From Zootoca vivipara (Eukaryota): 64,000 nucleotides of DNA. The notes under the pieces were generated by a model. That model was not told the DNA's origin, searched no databases, and saw nothing but the letters and a program-made list of their open reading frames with translations. Below are positions 51,048-63,209 of the stretch, one piece after another. Within the stretch, counting starts at the first letter, position 1, and each line of letters begins with the position of its first letter. A program made the position numbers and the translations under genes. The DNA lies in NCBI RefSeq assembly GCF_963506605.1, contig NC_083294.1:37944001-38008000 (forward strand), given 5' to 3'.

Positions 51048-52866
51048 GATACAGCACCTCTCCTCCTACACTGACCACACTGACCACACCACACACTGTG
51101 CTAGCTTTCACTGATAACAGGTCTCTGTGCTGATTATCAACCAATGAGAGCGCAGTTACTATGGAAGAAGTAGACCTTGGCTTTCTGCCCAGTGTTAATT
51201 GCTTGTCCTAGAGTTGATTGTGTGAAGAAGCAATCTGATGGTTTCTTATGCTACCAATTTTGCAAAACCCCAACAGGGCTGCCTTCAGATGTCTACAGGA
51301 TGTCATATAATTGTTTATCTCTTTGAAATCTGCCTGGTTCCCTGTAACTTCACTTCTTGCACTGCCAGAAGGACCTCAGTGTCCAAGCTGAACAATGGGA
51401 GTGGAGATACCATACTCTTTTAGGTATAAAGCACGAAGCCACTTAGGGCTTTAAAGGTCAACACCATTGTGCTGTTGTTTGTGGATTCTAGTATGTGTGC
51501 CATGGCATATGGTGCCTGTGGTGTGCACAGTGCAGTCCTGTGTCTACAGTCAATAGGTGGAGAATGTTACTCGCAGAGCACCCAGTTCAGGTCTCTTCCT
51601 GTGCTCCACTGTAAGACTGTGACTAACTGAAGTTTTGTGGCTATCTCAAGCCAACTTTCCTGTGTCTTCCCTTACCTCTGCTCTCACTTTGCTGAACATC
51701 CTGCCTTATGAAAGGTTCTGGAGAACTGAAGGTTGTGCACTGTTTTGAGATATTTCAGGCCAGTGTCCAATCTGGTCCTGTTCTCAGAGTAGCCTGTGGG
51801 AAGCTTGCATGCAGGATATGTGTGCAAAAATACAACACAATTTCACAACAGCTACAAACTGGCAAGTCCCTGGTTTGAATGTCACCTCCTCCCAAACTCA
51901 CCAGGCAGACTTCGGCAAACTACTCTCTTGGCGCCCTTTGCAACACAGAGGATAGTATACTGATTTACTTTGTAAGGGCTGGAATGTGGAATGCTTTGAA
52001 TGCTTAAAAGAGCCCATAAAAATGTTCAGTATCATAACGTGCATGAGTAAAGAGAAAAACAAATTGTAAACAGGGGAAACACATGGCCACAAAATGCAAC
52101 AAATACAGTATGTAGGTTTTTTATGTAAAGCTTAAGATAAGCTGTTAATGAATGGTCACCTGGCTTATCTGTAAGCTTTACTAAGAAATTGTCACAGATT
52201 GTACTTCTTGTATTTCATGGCTATGGGGCCCTGCTGTTCACAACATTTTCTATCTCAACAGAGCAAACGCATCTGAACCTGCCAACTGAGACTTACATTT
52301 CATGCATCTGTTGAAATGGACTAAACATTCTGTAATAAAACCTGTTAGGCTTTTAGATGCCACAAGATTCTTAGATGTTGATGCTGCTTCCAGTTTCCTT
52401 TGGCTGTGTACAGGGACGTAGCTGGGGGGGGCAGATGCCCACCCCAAATAAAAATACATATTTAACAAAAAGTAGAAATTGGAACTTGTGGGGTTGTTGG
52501 GCTCACATAGGCCACAAGATTCCTGCATTGCAGGGTGTTGTATTTGATGACCCTTGTGGTCCCTTCCAACTCTCTTGATTCTGTGATTTATCCTGTCTGC
52601 CCTGGGCAGAGGACAAAGAGAGGTGTGTGAGTAAATTATCATTTCTTGTTCCACCCACTTTTGCTTCTGGCCCTGCCCACATTAGCATGTGGCCCCTGAG
52701 AGAGGTTCCCTAGAAAGGAATGTGGCCCTCTGAGAGAAAAGGGTTGCCCAGACCTGATCCAGCAGGAGAGAAGGAAGTTGGCTTGGCTCAAGGGGATTGC
52801 AGGGCCAGCTTAGTAAGCAACGGTGCAGTTAGAGCCTTAGAGGTGATGCTAGACTTAAGTTAGGTA

Positions 52867-53073
52867 CAGGTAGGTAGCCGTGTTGGTCTGAGTCGAAGCA
52901 AAATAAAAAAATTCCTTCAGTAGCACCTTAAAGACCAACTAAGTTTTTATTTTGGTATGAGCTTTTGTGTGCATGCACAACTGTATCTGAAGAAGTGTGC
53001 ATGCACATGAAAGCTCATACCAAAATAAAAACTTAGTTGGTCTTTAAGGTGTTACTGAAGGAATTTTTTTTAA
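52867..53073. mobile_element. Penelope-like element terminal repeat in inverted (hairpin) arrangement
   Basis: ~80-bp inverted arms; TSD AAGTTAGGTA at 52857-52866 and 53074-53083; arm sequence matches the end of the GIY-YIG element at 56365-57010. Confidence 0.85.
52983..53020 (+). ncRNA. Minimal type I hammerhead ribozyme motif (Penelope-associated)
   Basis: GTAT-CTGAAGA-A-GTGTGC AT GCACAT-GAAA-GC-TC-ATAC: catalytic core boxes, stem II and stem I (GTAT/ATAC) are present. Confidence 0.7.
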
Positions 53074-53199
53074 AAGTTAGGTAGTTTTAGCTCTTTAGAT
53101 GCTAAGGTGCCATGCTTCACTTATTTCCAACTGAGGTCAGCCAGCACTGCTGCACTTGGAGGTCTCTCCTGCTACCGTAATTCTGTTGCGTGGGGACCC

Positions 53200-54350
53200 T
53201 GAAGTCCTGCCCTGAGGGCACCACTAGTAGTAAAGCTGGAGTGCCCTCCTCCTCCTCCTCCGCTCTAGTTCGCGGTCGCCGTCCCTCCCTCCCCTTTATT
53301 TGGCTTCCTTCCTCCCCGGTCTCATTCAGAGCAACCCAGGCAAGCGCACAGTCACATCATAGCCGCGCGGACCCTAGACTTGCGCGCGTCTCAGACTGCA
53401 CCATTTCGCCCGGGGGAGGCGGCGGGGGGAGGAATGCTGTGGAGCCGCCTGTGGAGACTCCTCGAAGCGCGCGGGAGGAGCTGACTGCTTAAGAAGGGAA
53501 GGATCCCGCCAGCGCCCTTCTTCTCTGCGCCCTAGCCGACTTTCTAGCTCCAAACGAGTGGCAGAGGATTCGGTCGTGTCCACGCCCCATTTCTCTCTCC
53601 CCCCCCCCATGCCGCAGTAGCCGGGTCCTTCCTCCACTCGCTCAGTCAGTGTAACAGCGTCTCCTGGACTGAGGTAGAGTTTGCAGCGGGCTCGGCTTCT
53701 GTGGAGGCGACGGCGAAGGGGCCATGGCGGCCACCGAGATAGCGCGCCAGGTGGTGAGTGCGCGGCGACTGGCGTGGAGGGCGCACCACGCTCCGGACTG
53801 GGGTGGGCCTCCCTGAGCATGGCTGGCCGGCCGGCTAACTGGCTACATGCCTTCCCTGCGAAGCTGCCGCTGGAACTCCAGCTCTTTGGCGAGGGAAGCC
53901 GCGGCTAGGTGGTGATGCAGACGAGTGAGAAGGAAACGGGCCAGAGAGGAAAGAGGCAGCTTGGCTAATGAATGAATGCTGGGTGGATACCCGGATGGCC
54001 ACTTCAGGAAAGCGGGCGCGGGCTGCATATACACTCCCCAGCCCGCGATATGCCCATGGTTCCGAATTAAGAACTGGGCGTTAACACAGTGGGAGAGGTG
54101 CTGGTCTTTTCTAAATTATCAGAGATGTGAATTCTTAAATCTCGGCCTTCTTATTACAAATCGCTGTAACTGTGGGCGCAGAGGGATGCGGAGCGGGCTG
54201 GTGATATAAGCGAAGCCGCTGGGGTGATGCGCTTGGCGGTGACTTTCCCGTTATAGGTTCGGGTGATGGCGAATGCGGGGAGGCTGTGGACTGCTGCTGC
54301 TGCTTTTTGTCTTTTTTTGGAGGCTGGATTTTTTATGCGTGTGTGCGGGG
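53200..54350. promoter_or_regulatory. SEPTIN6 CpG-island promoter / 5' region
   Basis: CpG-rich region surrounding the SEPTIN6 ATG exon. Confidence 0.8.
53724..53753 (+). CDS. SEPTIN6: Septin-6 coding exon 1; the rest of the gene lies beyond the window
   Basis: GCCATGG Kozak context; MAATEIARQV|gtgagt versus recalled human MAATDIARQV; synteny after SOWAHD. Confidence 0.88.
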
Positions 54351-56364
54351 GCGGGTGGGAAGACAGGAGGACAAGAGGATTTTACTGGCTAAAGGTGATG
54401 AGGTTTTTTTGGGGGGGGGGGTTGAGGGAGAGCCTTTGTATTAAACAAAAGAGGGTTTGCTTGATTGTGTGTGATCTGACTGGCCGTGATGGGCCGGATT
54501 TATTGGGTAGCGTGTTGCATAGGATGAAGGAGGAAGCAGTGCTTTGCAGATGACTGTCTTAAAGGCTTGGCCTGATGAAACTGGGGAGATTTGGGTTGGA
54601 TGATGTGGTGGGTGTGACCTCTTCTTCTATTAGCGTGGGATAGTTGGGGGCAGATTTTAACTAGGTTTGGGTTGCTCAGTTGTGGAGCCTTCTTCATTTC
54701 TGGAATACACTAAACTGGAGCTGTGGTGTGTGCATTTTGCAGATGAGGGGTTATTTATATTTATGATATATTTTTTTTGCAGGCTGTGGGGTTGCAACTG
54801 CCAGGGGCCACAGCAGGCACCTCCATAAATAAAGTGCTTTGGGTTTGATTGTAAATTGTTTCATCTTCAAGCAGCTTAATTTTCATTGTGCTCATTTTCC
54901 ATAAAGTGTTCGTTTCTCTCTTTGGCTCCATTTAGATTCCTATATATTGGCTTTTTTCTTTTGGGTACATTGGTCACATCACAATGCCTGGCATCTCCCA
55001 AAATGACAAAGAATTTTTATTTTATTTTTTAATTGGAAGGGTGGGAGATTTTTCTCTCGGCACCAGCTCTATAATATCCAGAGCTTACCTGCCCTTTTGT
55101 CTCTGCTGCGATGAAAGGGACCACAGAGGCACTCCTGAGGCAGGAGATGGAGCCCTTTGCAAACCAAATCAATTGAACATCTTTTGGCTTGTAGATGGGT
55201 TTAATTTGTTTGCAATTCCCTGTTCATTTTAACTAGGGAAAGGACCACAGGAGCTCCTGGGATTTCTAACATGCCAGGATGTTACAAGAAGGAGCATGCG
55301 GTGTAGTACAGCAATTGGGGATGGGGATCCTCTGTCCCTCCAGATACTGGACTACATCTCCCATCATCCCTCACCATTGGCCACCTTGGCTGGGGATTAT
55401 TGGAGTTGTAGTCCAACAATAGCTAGACGGCTAGATGTTCCACACCCCATTTTAAATGGATCATCTTTGTGTGTTAAAAGAATGTGTTGTACTGTATGAT
55501 GTTCTAGGGCTGGAATGAATCCAGTTTCTCCAGTTTCAAATATTTAATGAGAAGGGACCATAACTCAGTTAGCTAACATTTGTCTTGTATGCGGAAGGTC
55601 CCAGATTCAATCTCTGGCATCTCTAGTTAAAACAAATAATGGGGAGTAAGTGAATGGAAAGATCCCTAGTTGAGTTTCTAGAGGACTGCTGCCAGTCAGA
55701 GCAAGCAGTTTGGGGCTAGATGGACAACTAGCTTGTATTAGACAACTACATACTGTATAGCCATACAGTTCATGAATCTGACCTTCAGAGTGCAATATTT
55801 CAGTTTGTTCAGTTGGGTGGTATCCACAATTCGTTCCAAGTGCATATCACAGAGCATCATATATTTGGCTTGGCATGGTGAGAGTTGGGTCCAGATCCAT
55901 GCTCGGATCCATGAAGCTCACTGTGAGGCCTTTGCAGGTCGCTTGTAATCTATTCCCCCTCAAAAGAGCTCCAAAGACAAAATGTGATGACCTCATTTAT
56001 GCTGCCCTAATAAACATCTTGACTGAGGTTTGGAATGCCAGTGTGATAAAAAGTTAAAAATAAATATGCTACACTATGCTTTGCCAATTGCCAACCTGGT
56101 GGCTCCCAGTTGTTTTGGGCTACAGCTGGCAGTCAGTGCCAGCCAACCTGGTGAACATCACAGGAAGCTGCTGGATCAGGTCAATGGCCCATCTGTCTAG
56201 TCCAGTATCCTGTCTTCATAGTGGGCAACCAGATTCTTTATCAACAACAACAGCAGCAACAACAACAACAACATTTCTGCCCTATCATTCTTCTCAAAGA
56301 GCTCAAAGTAGTGACATGGGTGGTTCTCCTGCCCCTCTGTTTTACCTTCTCAATAACCCTGTGA

Positions 56365-57010
56365 GGTAGTCAAAGCAAAATTTAAAAAAATCCTTCCAAC
56401 AGCACCTTAGAGACTAACTATGTTTGTCATTGGTATGAGCTTTCATGTGCATGCACACTTCTTCAGGTACACTGAAACAGTAGTCACCAGATGCTTATAT
56501 ATAGTGAGAGAGTGGGGAGGGGTATTACTCCCTCCTTGTGGTGGGAGTGGGTGATTGACTCACTGATAGCTGTTGATGACTGTTAAAGCAAGGGGTGAGA
56601 TGCCTAAATATAGCTTTTATCATGTATAATGAGATAAGAATCCAATGTCTTTATTCAGACCTGGTCTCTCCATGGTTTTAACCTTGGTAATAAGTTGCAG
56701 TTCAGCAACTTCTCTTTCCAGTCTATTTCTGAAATTCTTTTGGAATAAGATAGCTACTTTGAGATCTTGTACAGAATGTCCTGGGAGATTGAAGTGTTCT
56801 CCTACTGGTTTCTCTGTCTTGTGGTTCCTGGTGTCAGATTTATGTCCATTTATCCTTTGGCGTAGGGTTTGGCTTGTTTGTCCAATATAGAAAGCTGAAG
56901 GGCACTGTTGGCATTTGATGGCATACACAATGTTAAAAGATGAGCAATTAGATAGTCCTGAGATGGTATGTTGGATGTTGTTGGGGCCAGTAATGTTGTT
57001 GTTTGGGTGG
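56365..57010 (-). mobile_element. Penelope-like retroelement 3' fragment (GIY-YIG endonuclease plus terminal repeat)
   Basis: ORF 56620-56928 (IVYAIKCQQCPSAFYIGQT...RINGHKSD...GLNKD); terminal repeat with a hammerhead motif at 56433-56470. Confidence 0.92.
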
Positions 57011-57883
57011 TTTCCAGCAACTAAAAGGCAGCACTAGACAACTAGTGAGCTGCATGTTGAGTCTTCCATGGTAGACTAATAGGAATCATAGAGTGGTAGA
57101 GCTGGAAGGGACTGTGAGGATTATCTAGTCCTACCCCCTGCAATGCAAGAATCTCAACTAAAGCATCTGTGACAGATACCTCTGTTTAAAAACCTAGGAA
57201 AGAGAGCCCGCCACCTTCCAAGGTGTGCCCTGGTTGTTCCACTTGTACCTTATTTTATTTATTTGTTAAAATTTTGTCCTGTCTTTCCACCAAATTCTCC
57301 CCAAGGCAATAATAAAAATGCAAAATAAAATAATAAGTGGCAATAAGATTCCAGGTGAAAACAGTGTAAGAATAAGGCAGGTGAGACAGCAATAAAGTTA
57401 ATAAAAACAACCATACAATATGTCAGTTTAGGTAATTAGCAGTAGGCTAGCCAGACACCCCTTGGCAATGAGTTCTTGCACTTGGGAGCAGCTATGAAAA
57501 TGCCCTCTTACAAGGAAGTTGCCTTACATCAGGTCAGAACATTGTTCCAGAGAGCTCCAGATTGTCTACTCTGACTGGTAGATGGTTTTCCAGGATTTCA
57601 GACCAGGGACATTCCCAGCCCTACCTGGAGATGTCAGGGATTGAACCTGAGACCTTCTTCAAGCTAAACAGATGCTCTGCCACTGAGCTGTGGACCTTCC
57701 CTTCAAATGTGCATCTGGTGTTGGCAGGACAGGAAGAAAGGCCTTTCCCAAGGATCTGGAAATGCTTGTATGAGAAAATGCACTGTTTCAGACAACCTGT
57801 TCCAGGCTGTGCAATGCTTTGTAGGTCAGAACCAGCAAAGAGACTGAAAACAGACTGATAGCCAGAGAAAATTGTTGTGACGT

Positions 57884-57884
<1 letters not shown>

Positions 57885-57911
<27 letters not shown>
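57885..57911. repeat. (GT)n microsatellite
   Basis: Seen directly. Confidence 0.95.
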
Positions 57912-57914
<3 letters not shown>

Positions 57915-59724
57915 TGCTCCCTGTAAAGGCACTTAAGTGGAAGACCACAGTGAGAGCTCTTCTTGGGACTGCAGAACATGCTACTGCCAATCCACATGGC
58001 TAATGCTTGGCATATGGGTGGCCTCAGTCAGAAGAGGTTGCTGGATTAAATGGGCCATTTGCCTGACCCAGCAGGAGTCTTCTTATCTTCTTATGTTTAA
58101 GGCAGCTTCTTACCCAGGTTGCCTGATTTCCAAAGCACCACCAACTAATATTTGATTTTAAGTTCATCTTTTAAAAAAATAAAATAAAAACAACAGCAAT
58201 TTATCTGCTCAGCCAGTTTGAATTTTAAAAGAAAACTGCAGCTTCTTTAAAATTAATCTAGCTGCTAGCCTAGGGAAAAGCAGCAATCCCCACGAACTGA
58301 AGCCGTTCTGTCCACAGCCATAACAAACGCAAGATGCAGTCACCCTTCTGCTACTTGACGTTGCAAAGGGCTGGCTCAAGACATTTAGACACCTGAGGCA
58401 AACCACAAGATGGTGCCTCCTCTTGGCCAGGGAAGAAGGGGTGAGTGAAGTTCTACATCAGGAACAAGGGGAGGAAGCAAATCAACCTTACCCAACAGCT
58501 GAAGTGGGGATCAGAGGCTGCCATGGAGGGGAAAGGGACCCACTCTGAATCAGGCCGGGTGGGTGCAGAGCCCAAGAGACCCCCAGAGGGCAGCTCCCAC
58601 AATTACTTCCCTGGGGGTGGGAGGAAACCAGCAATGCCTTCTCTTTGCCAAGAGACCACTACTGTATACAGACAGTATTCAGGAGTGGGGGTGGGGAATG
58701 CCAAGGTGGTGGCAGATCCAGCCTCCAAAGAGCACACCACAGCTATTGCTATTACCATGGCGGTGGCAGCAGGCGATGCATCTTTGGGTGCTGGATCTGC
58801 TGCCCAAGGCAGTTGAAATCTGGAGGGCCACATGTTCCCTGCCCCTGTTCTAAATCCAACACAGATGCTCCAAAACATAACTGAAGGAAGATTATTGAGG
58901 TAGGGATAACCTGTTTTCTTACAGCAAGACGTGAATTATTTGTGGATGTTGCTCACTTGTACTCTAGGGTGCTTGTGTGTCACTCATAGCTGCCAAGTTT
59001 TCTCTTTTCTCGCGAGGAAGCCTATTCAGCATAAGGGAATTTCCCTTAAAAAAAGGGATAACTTGGAAGCTATGGTGTCACTCTGCCTAAGGATAGAAGA
59101 GACTGGAGCCTAGTGTGGACACAGGACCATAGGAAACTACCTTATCCCAAGTCAGATCATTGGTCTATCTACCTCAGTATTCTTGGCACTGACAGGTCTA
59201 CCCCTCCCCTTCCATGTGTCCCAGTGGTGGGTGTGGTGCTCCTTGCCTCTAGAGTGGGTGTAGGAAGGGGTTTATTGGTTTGTTTTTGTTGTTAATTATG
59301 ATGATGATGATACTTCTTTTATGATTTATACCCTCCATGATATAATTTTTATAAACATCAAGCGTTAAAAACCTCCCAATACAGGGCTGCCTTCAGATGT
59401 CTTCTAAAAGTTGTGTAGTTCTTTATCTCCTTGAGGTCTGAAGGGAGGGGTTTCACAGGGAGGGCACCACTACCAAGGAGGCCCTCCGCCTGTTTCCCTG
59501 AAACTTCACTTCTCGCAGTGAGGGAATCACAGAAGACCCTCAGAGGAGGACCTCAAATGTCTGGGCTGAGTGATGGGGGTGGATACGCTCCTTGAGCTAT
59601 ACTGGGCTGAGGCCATTTAGGGCTTTAAAGGTCAGCACCAACACTTTGAACTGTATTCAGAAATGTACTGGGGCCAGTGAAGATCCTTTAGGCTGCCACA
59701 CCAGTCTAGCTGTTTTTATTATGC

Positions 59725-60523
59725 ACTAGCTGGCCCGGCCATGCGTTGCTGTGCCTCAGTCTGTTAAATGAACCCTCAAAGTCTCCCTTCAGACTCCCCT
59801 CACCTTCAGAGGCCCCCTTCATTTTGTTTGAGATATTTTGTCCCTTCCCCCCCCACCCCCCGGTTCATCCCTATGAGTGCGCCCATCCTGTCCCAATCCA
59901 TGAGGCAGCGCATCCCCTCCTCTCCCCATTCCCCGGCACATCCCTGTGAGCAGCCCCACCCCCTCCTTGCACTCCCCCCCTCCGCCCACCCCTCGGCTCA
60001 TCCCTGTGAGTTCCCTGGTGTTGGTGTCAGCATATCCTGGCCTATATATCAGGTATTCGGCATTGGGGGGGGAAGGGAATGGTGGGGCGTGGTCCGCTTT
60101 TCGGCGCGGTGTTTGCGGTGTCAATGTGGCGTGGTCTGTCTGTGACAGTTGGACATGGGGGGCTAGGGGCAGGATCCCGGCGCCGGCCTTTGTGAAGTAA
60201 TGGCCTTTGTGGTGGTTATAGCATTTCGGTTGGTGATATCACGATCTTGGCTTGGCCATGGAGATGGAGCTTCTGGCTTCTATTTCCCAGCATGCACTTT
60301 TGTCTGAGTTGTGAGTTCTGGAAAACGGGTTGTTGTTTTTTGGTTTTTTTTTAGTTTTACGTGGCCCAGGTGTGACATCTGTGTACGCGAACTGTATATG
60401 GTCACTCGCATATTCGCTTGGGACGTTGTGTCAAAATTTGAACGCAATCGGTCAAGCGGTTTTGGAGAGAAGTGGAGACACACCCACATGGCCAGTTTAC
60501 ATTTTTATATACAGTATATAGAT
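59725..60523 (+). mobile_element. Non-autonomous Helentron/DINE-like (HINE) rolling-circle element
   Basis: Starts ACTAGCTGGCCCGGCCATGCGTTGCT; has the subterminal AAATTTGAACGCAATCGGTCAAGCGGTTTTGGAG block; ends TTTTTATATACAGTATATAGAT; internal short repeats; no TSD seen. Confidence 0.6.
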
Positions 60524-61170
60524 TTTGTGTTTATCGTCTTGTAGTTGTGAACCACCCTGAGATCTACGGATGAATAGTGGTATACAAAATTTAATAATAA
60601 TAACAACAACAACAATAATATTTAGGCATTCACTTCCACTGCCTTTCTGTGATGCATTCAGACAGAATTCATCTTTTGTAGATCCCTCTGTACAGGGGCT
60701 ACGTCTCCCGCTGAGATCGGCCTGCACTTGAGCACTGAGGAAGAAGTACTTAAGAAGCTGAATGTTTCAAGATGTGGGAAATGAATGCGGGGACCTTGGT
60801 GCAGTGCAACTGAACATGAAGAAGGTTTGGGAGTGGGTAGCATCTGATGCAATCCACCATATAGCGTGTATGTACAGTACACAGTTGTCTTGTGGAGAAA
60901 TAGCACCGGTTGTGCCTGAGCAAGGGTTTGGTAAGGGGGAATTTAAGATGAAATGTAATTGTTTGTTTATTTGGAAAATTAATAAAAAATATTTTTTTAA
61001 AAAGAACCTAAGAAGAACCTGCTGGATCAGGCCAATGATCCATCCAGTCTTGCTTCCTGTCCTCACATTGGCTGGGCAGATGACTTAGGGGAAGCCTTAA
61101 AGCAGAACCTGAATCCAACACCACTCTCCCCACCTGAAATTCCAAGCAGCTGGCATTCAGAGACACATTA

Positions 61171-61719
61171 CCGTGTTTCCCCCTTTTTAAGACACCGTCT
61201 TATAACTTTTTTTCCTCAAAAAAACACAGGGTGGCTTACTTTCGGTGGGATGTCTTATTTTTTTTAATTACTGGTACGGTTTTTACGGCTCAGGGCGCTG
61301 GCTCAGGGCGCTGCTGTGCTCTCTTGAGTGCTCAGCACTGCAGCAGCCACCGGTTCCGGGCGGCGGGGCAGCAGGCGTCCTTGGCCAGGCCAGGCGGAGG
61401 CCACTGGCTCAGGCGCTCCCCCCGCCGCTGCAGGGTGCTCCAAGCTCCTTGGCTGGGCCAGGCAAGGAAGAAGCAGTGAGCCCAGCGATGGTGGCAAGCG
61501 GAGCACGGGGATGCAGCCAGCAAGGCGGGAGCGCGATCAGCTGTTAAGCAGAGCTCTTGGCCGCATGGAGTGACTCTGTGAGTGGAGGTGCCTGTGGGGG
61601 TTGGTTTCCATGGCGCGGAAGTATGGCTTATTTGGGGGGTATGTCTTATATTTCTCAAATGCTTAAAAACCCTGCCATGGCTTACTTTATGACTATGTAT
61701 TAAAAAGGGGGAAACAGGG
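61171..61719. mobile_element. Tc1/mariner (pogo-like) MITE
   Basis: TA-flanked TIRs CCGTGTTTCCCCCTTTTTAA...TTAAAAAGGGGGAAACAGGG with a GC-rich core. Confidence 0.85.
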
Positions 61720-62484
61720 TACCTCTGACAGTGGAGATAGAACATAGCCATCAGGGACAGTCACCCCTGACAGTCTTATCCTCCCTGAATTCATCTACCC
61801 GTAATCCTTTTTCAAAGGCATCCAACTTGGTGGCAATCACTACTTCTGGGAGTGAATTCAAGAGTTTAACTCTGCACTGTGTGACTAAGTACCTTCTTTT
61901 GTCTGGCTTGAATATTCTAGCATTCAGTTTAGTGGCCCCTAGTTCCAGTATTATGAGAGAGGGAGATAAACTGTTCTCTTAATCCACTTTCATTCCACCA
62001 TGGATAATTTTACACACCTGTGTCTTGTCTCCTCTTACTTGCATTTTCCCTAAACTAAACTGGATCTTAATTTATTGTCATTGTTACACCCCTGAGGTCT
62101 CCTCTTTCCCTAACACAATGAAGAGTGTCTGGTAGAAAATACTGATGGGAGAGGTGAGGAAGGCTGTTCTGGTTTCCAGTCGGCAAAATGAGCAGGGTTG
62201 TGACCCTCGTGTTTCTTGGCAGTCTTCTGAGCAGATATATAAGGAAGGCCTTTCTAAAGAAACCTGAATGTTTAAAATCATAACTGCGTTTTCTGTGTTG
62301 AGCGTGCATAGGTCTATTTAACATGCATTGTCAACCTGCCATGGATGGTAACAAGGCTTGGCTGATGCTTCCAGGCAAATGAGAGTTAGTGGGTTGTCTT
62401 AATGTGTGTGGCTTTTTGACAAGCAAGAAATGAATTTACCACAAACGGCGAATGTCTTCATTTTAGTGCATGACTCACACTGGC

Positions 62485-63010
62485 TGTCATTTTTTTAAAA
62501 TATATTTTTATTAAAGATTTTATTGGTTCACAAAAATGTGCATTGTCTTTTTTCAAGTTGTAGAGTCCTTTTTTACTTTGGATGTGAGACGTTATACAGA
62601 ATAAGGTGGGGGAAGAAGAAAGAGGAGAGGGGATTGGGGTGGTAATATTTAGTGTGTTTGTGGGGCTGTCCAGATTTGGATCGCTAGGGGTTCCAGGGCC
62701 AGGATGAATAGGAAGGGAGATAGTGGGCACCCTTGTTTAGTACCTCTTTGTATTGCTATGGTATTAGAGTCCATACCATTGATCCTACATTTTGCTAAAG
62801 ATTGGGAATAAATTTGTTTAAGAATTTGTAGGAAGTTGGTAATTACTGCTAGGAGGTATTTCCATTCTAAACAATCAAAGGCTTTAAGGATGTCTAGGGA
62901 TATAACATCAGTGGGAATTTGGTTGTTTTGCTATGTTCGGTCAGGTTCAGTAATTTCCTGATGGACGCTGGCTGTCTTGGGCTTGGGTTAGTGGTGCTTC
63001 CACCACATGA
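62485..63010 (-). mobile_element. Probable L1 3' end fragment
   Basis: T-rich tail with TTTATT on the plus strand, followed by degraded L1-like ORF2 C-terminal sequence. Confidence 0.5.
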
Positions 63011-63074
63011 AACATAAACTAGTCAAGGTAAGAATTGAGGCACACATTATTATTGCCACTGAAATGCCATACAT

Positions 63075-63209
63075 CAGGCATGGCCAAACTTGGCCCTCCA
63101 GCTGTTTTGGGACTACAACTCCCATCATCCTTAACTAACAGGACCAGTGGTCAGGGATGATGGGAATTGTAGTCCCAAAACAGCTGGAGGGCCAAGTTTA
63201 CCATGCCTG
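63075..63209. mobile_element. Palindromic hAT MITE (same family as 30442-30577)
   Basis: CAGGCATGGCCAAACT...AGTTTACCATGCCTG ends with a near-identical core. Confidence 0.88.
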
